The position numbers were made by a program, and so were the translations under genes. Below, piece by piece: positions 63,201 through 64,000 of a stretch of 64,000 nucleotides of DNA. Source of the stretch: Ophelia neglecta (lineage: Eukaryota). Positions within the stretch are counted from its first letter, which is position 1. The number at the start of each line of letters is the position of its first letter. The stretch covers positions 102,238,001 through 102,302,000 of the forward strand of contig OZ260663.1 in assembly GCA_965285935.1 (NCBI GenBank), given 5' to 3'. The notes below the pieces were generated by a model that worked only from the letters and a program-made list of their open reading frames with translations, had not been told where the DNA came from and did not search any database.

Positions 63201-64000
63201 GTTCTGCCTTCACCTCTTTCAGTAATGGACACGGTACTCTGTATGGACAAGGTATACTGTAAGGCACTGCCCCATCCTTTAGTTTAATTTTAGCAGGTGT
63301 GCATTTAACAAGTCCACTGCTTCCATAACAGTCACTGTATTCTGCCACTATTTCTTCCACTCTGATAATCATACCCATACGCACAGCTGATTCTCTACTC
63401 AGCAAGGATGAACTGACTGCAGGACTTACATAGACTTTAAATGGGTATTTCTCTCCTTTGTGTACTACTTCTGTTATGAAGTATCCAGCACATTGAATAC
63501 TATTTCCTGGGCCTCGTAGTTCACTGTCACTATGGGTTAAAGTGGGTGGTTCTTCCATTTTCTCATACATGTCATTGGATATTAAATTAACATCAGCCCC
63601 TGAGTCAATTTTGAATTTGATTGTGGTCTTACAGACTTCCAGTAAAACATACCATGGCTCCTTGTCTCCTGTATGAGTCAGGTCACCAATGAAAAATTCT
63701 TCCGGCACATAGCTCTGCTGCTCAGGGTTAGTTACACTGGCTGGTAAATTTTCTGTGACTTCATGTAGCCTTCTCCTTTGACCTTGTGGTCTTGACTTAC
63801 ATTGGGATTTGAAATGATTGAAATTTCCACAGCCGTGACATTTCCTACCTTTGGCTGGGCATTTTCCCCTCTGATGACTTGTGCCACATCTCCCACAATG
63901 ATCAACTTCCTGTTGACCCTGTGGTCTTCGTCTATATTGGGCACTGTCTCTTCCCTGACCACTGTCAGATTGACTGCCTCTCTTCCCAAAATGTCGACTC
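60218..64000 (-). mobile_element. Mag/K02A2.6-like Gypsy element (runs off the window); 3' LTR 60218-60429, PPT 60430-60440
   Basis: PPT GGAAAGGAGGA then TGTCAT...ATTACA LTR, preceded on the - strand by the pol region. Confidence 0.9.
60623..64000 (-). pseudogene. pol: Single-frame gag-pol with premature stops and frameshifts
   Basis: Two knuckles (CGRCGTSHQRGKC, CHGCGNFNHFKSQC) in frame with PR FKIDSGAD; RT ICVDLR and IMDD; RH TADAS; IN HEGHQG..CEFC and TDNGGQF..SNGMAER. Stops at 62461 and 61447, frameshifts in IN. Confidence 0.92.

Overview
AT-rich eukaryotic (most likely invertebrate metazoan) genomic DNA, dominated by retroelements; no prokaryotic genes, rRNA, tRNA genes or CRISPR arrays were seen. 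(1) About 13-27270 is repeated at about 41213-60456 (a tandem segmental duplication or a second haplotype), with copy-specific insertions and deletions. (2) The host gene is missing from the ORF track. It is the 3' end of an NLRC3/RI-type leucine-rich-repeat gene on the + strand: one 84-bp phase-2 LRR exon (29935-30018), a decayed LRR pseudo-exon, and two versions of the last coding exon (471-546 and 41671-41749). These two versions differ at 24 of 80 nt, almost all non-synonymously, while their flanks are much more alike. (3) An intact Ty3/Gypsy retrotransposon (2634-10442, TSD TGGT) is inside-out. A full + strand LTR and 22 nt of tRNA-Lys-complementary sequence are fused to an inverted R-to-R copy of the genome, capped by 25 bp of U5. 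It looks like an integrated aberrant reverse-transcription product, and it carries a CCCAAAC -1 frameshift site with a predicted pseudoknot. (4) The rest is a degenerate Mag-like Gypsy element, Gypsy relics, CR1-, L2- and RTE-X-like LINE fragments and MITEs. All alignments and counts were done by eye.
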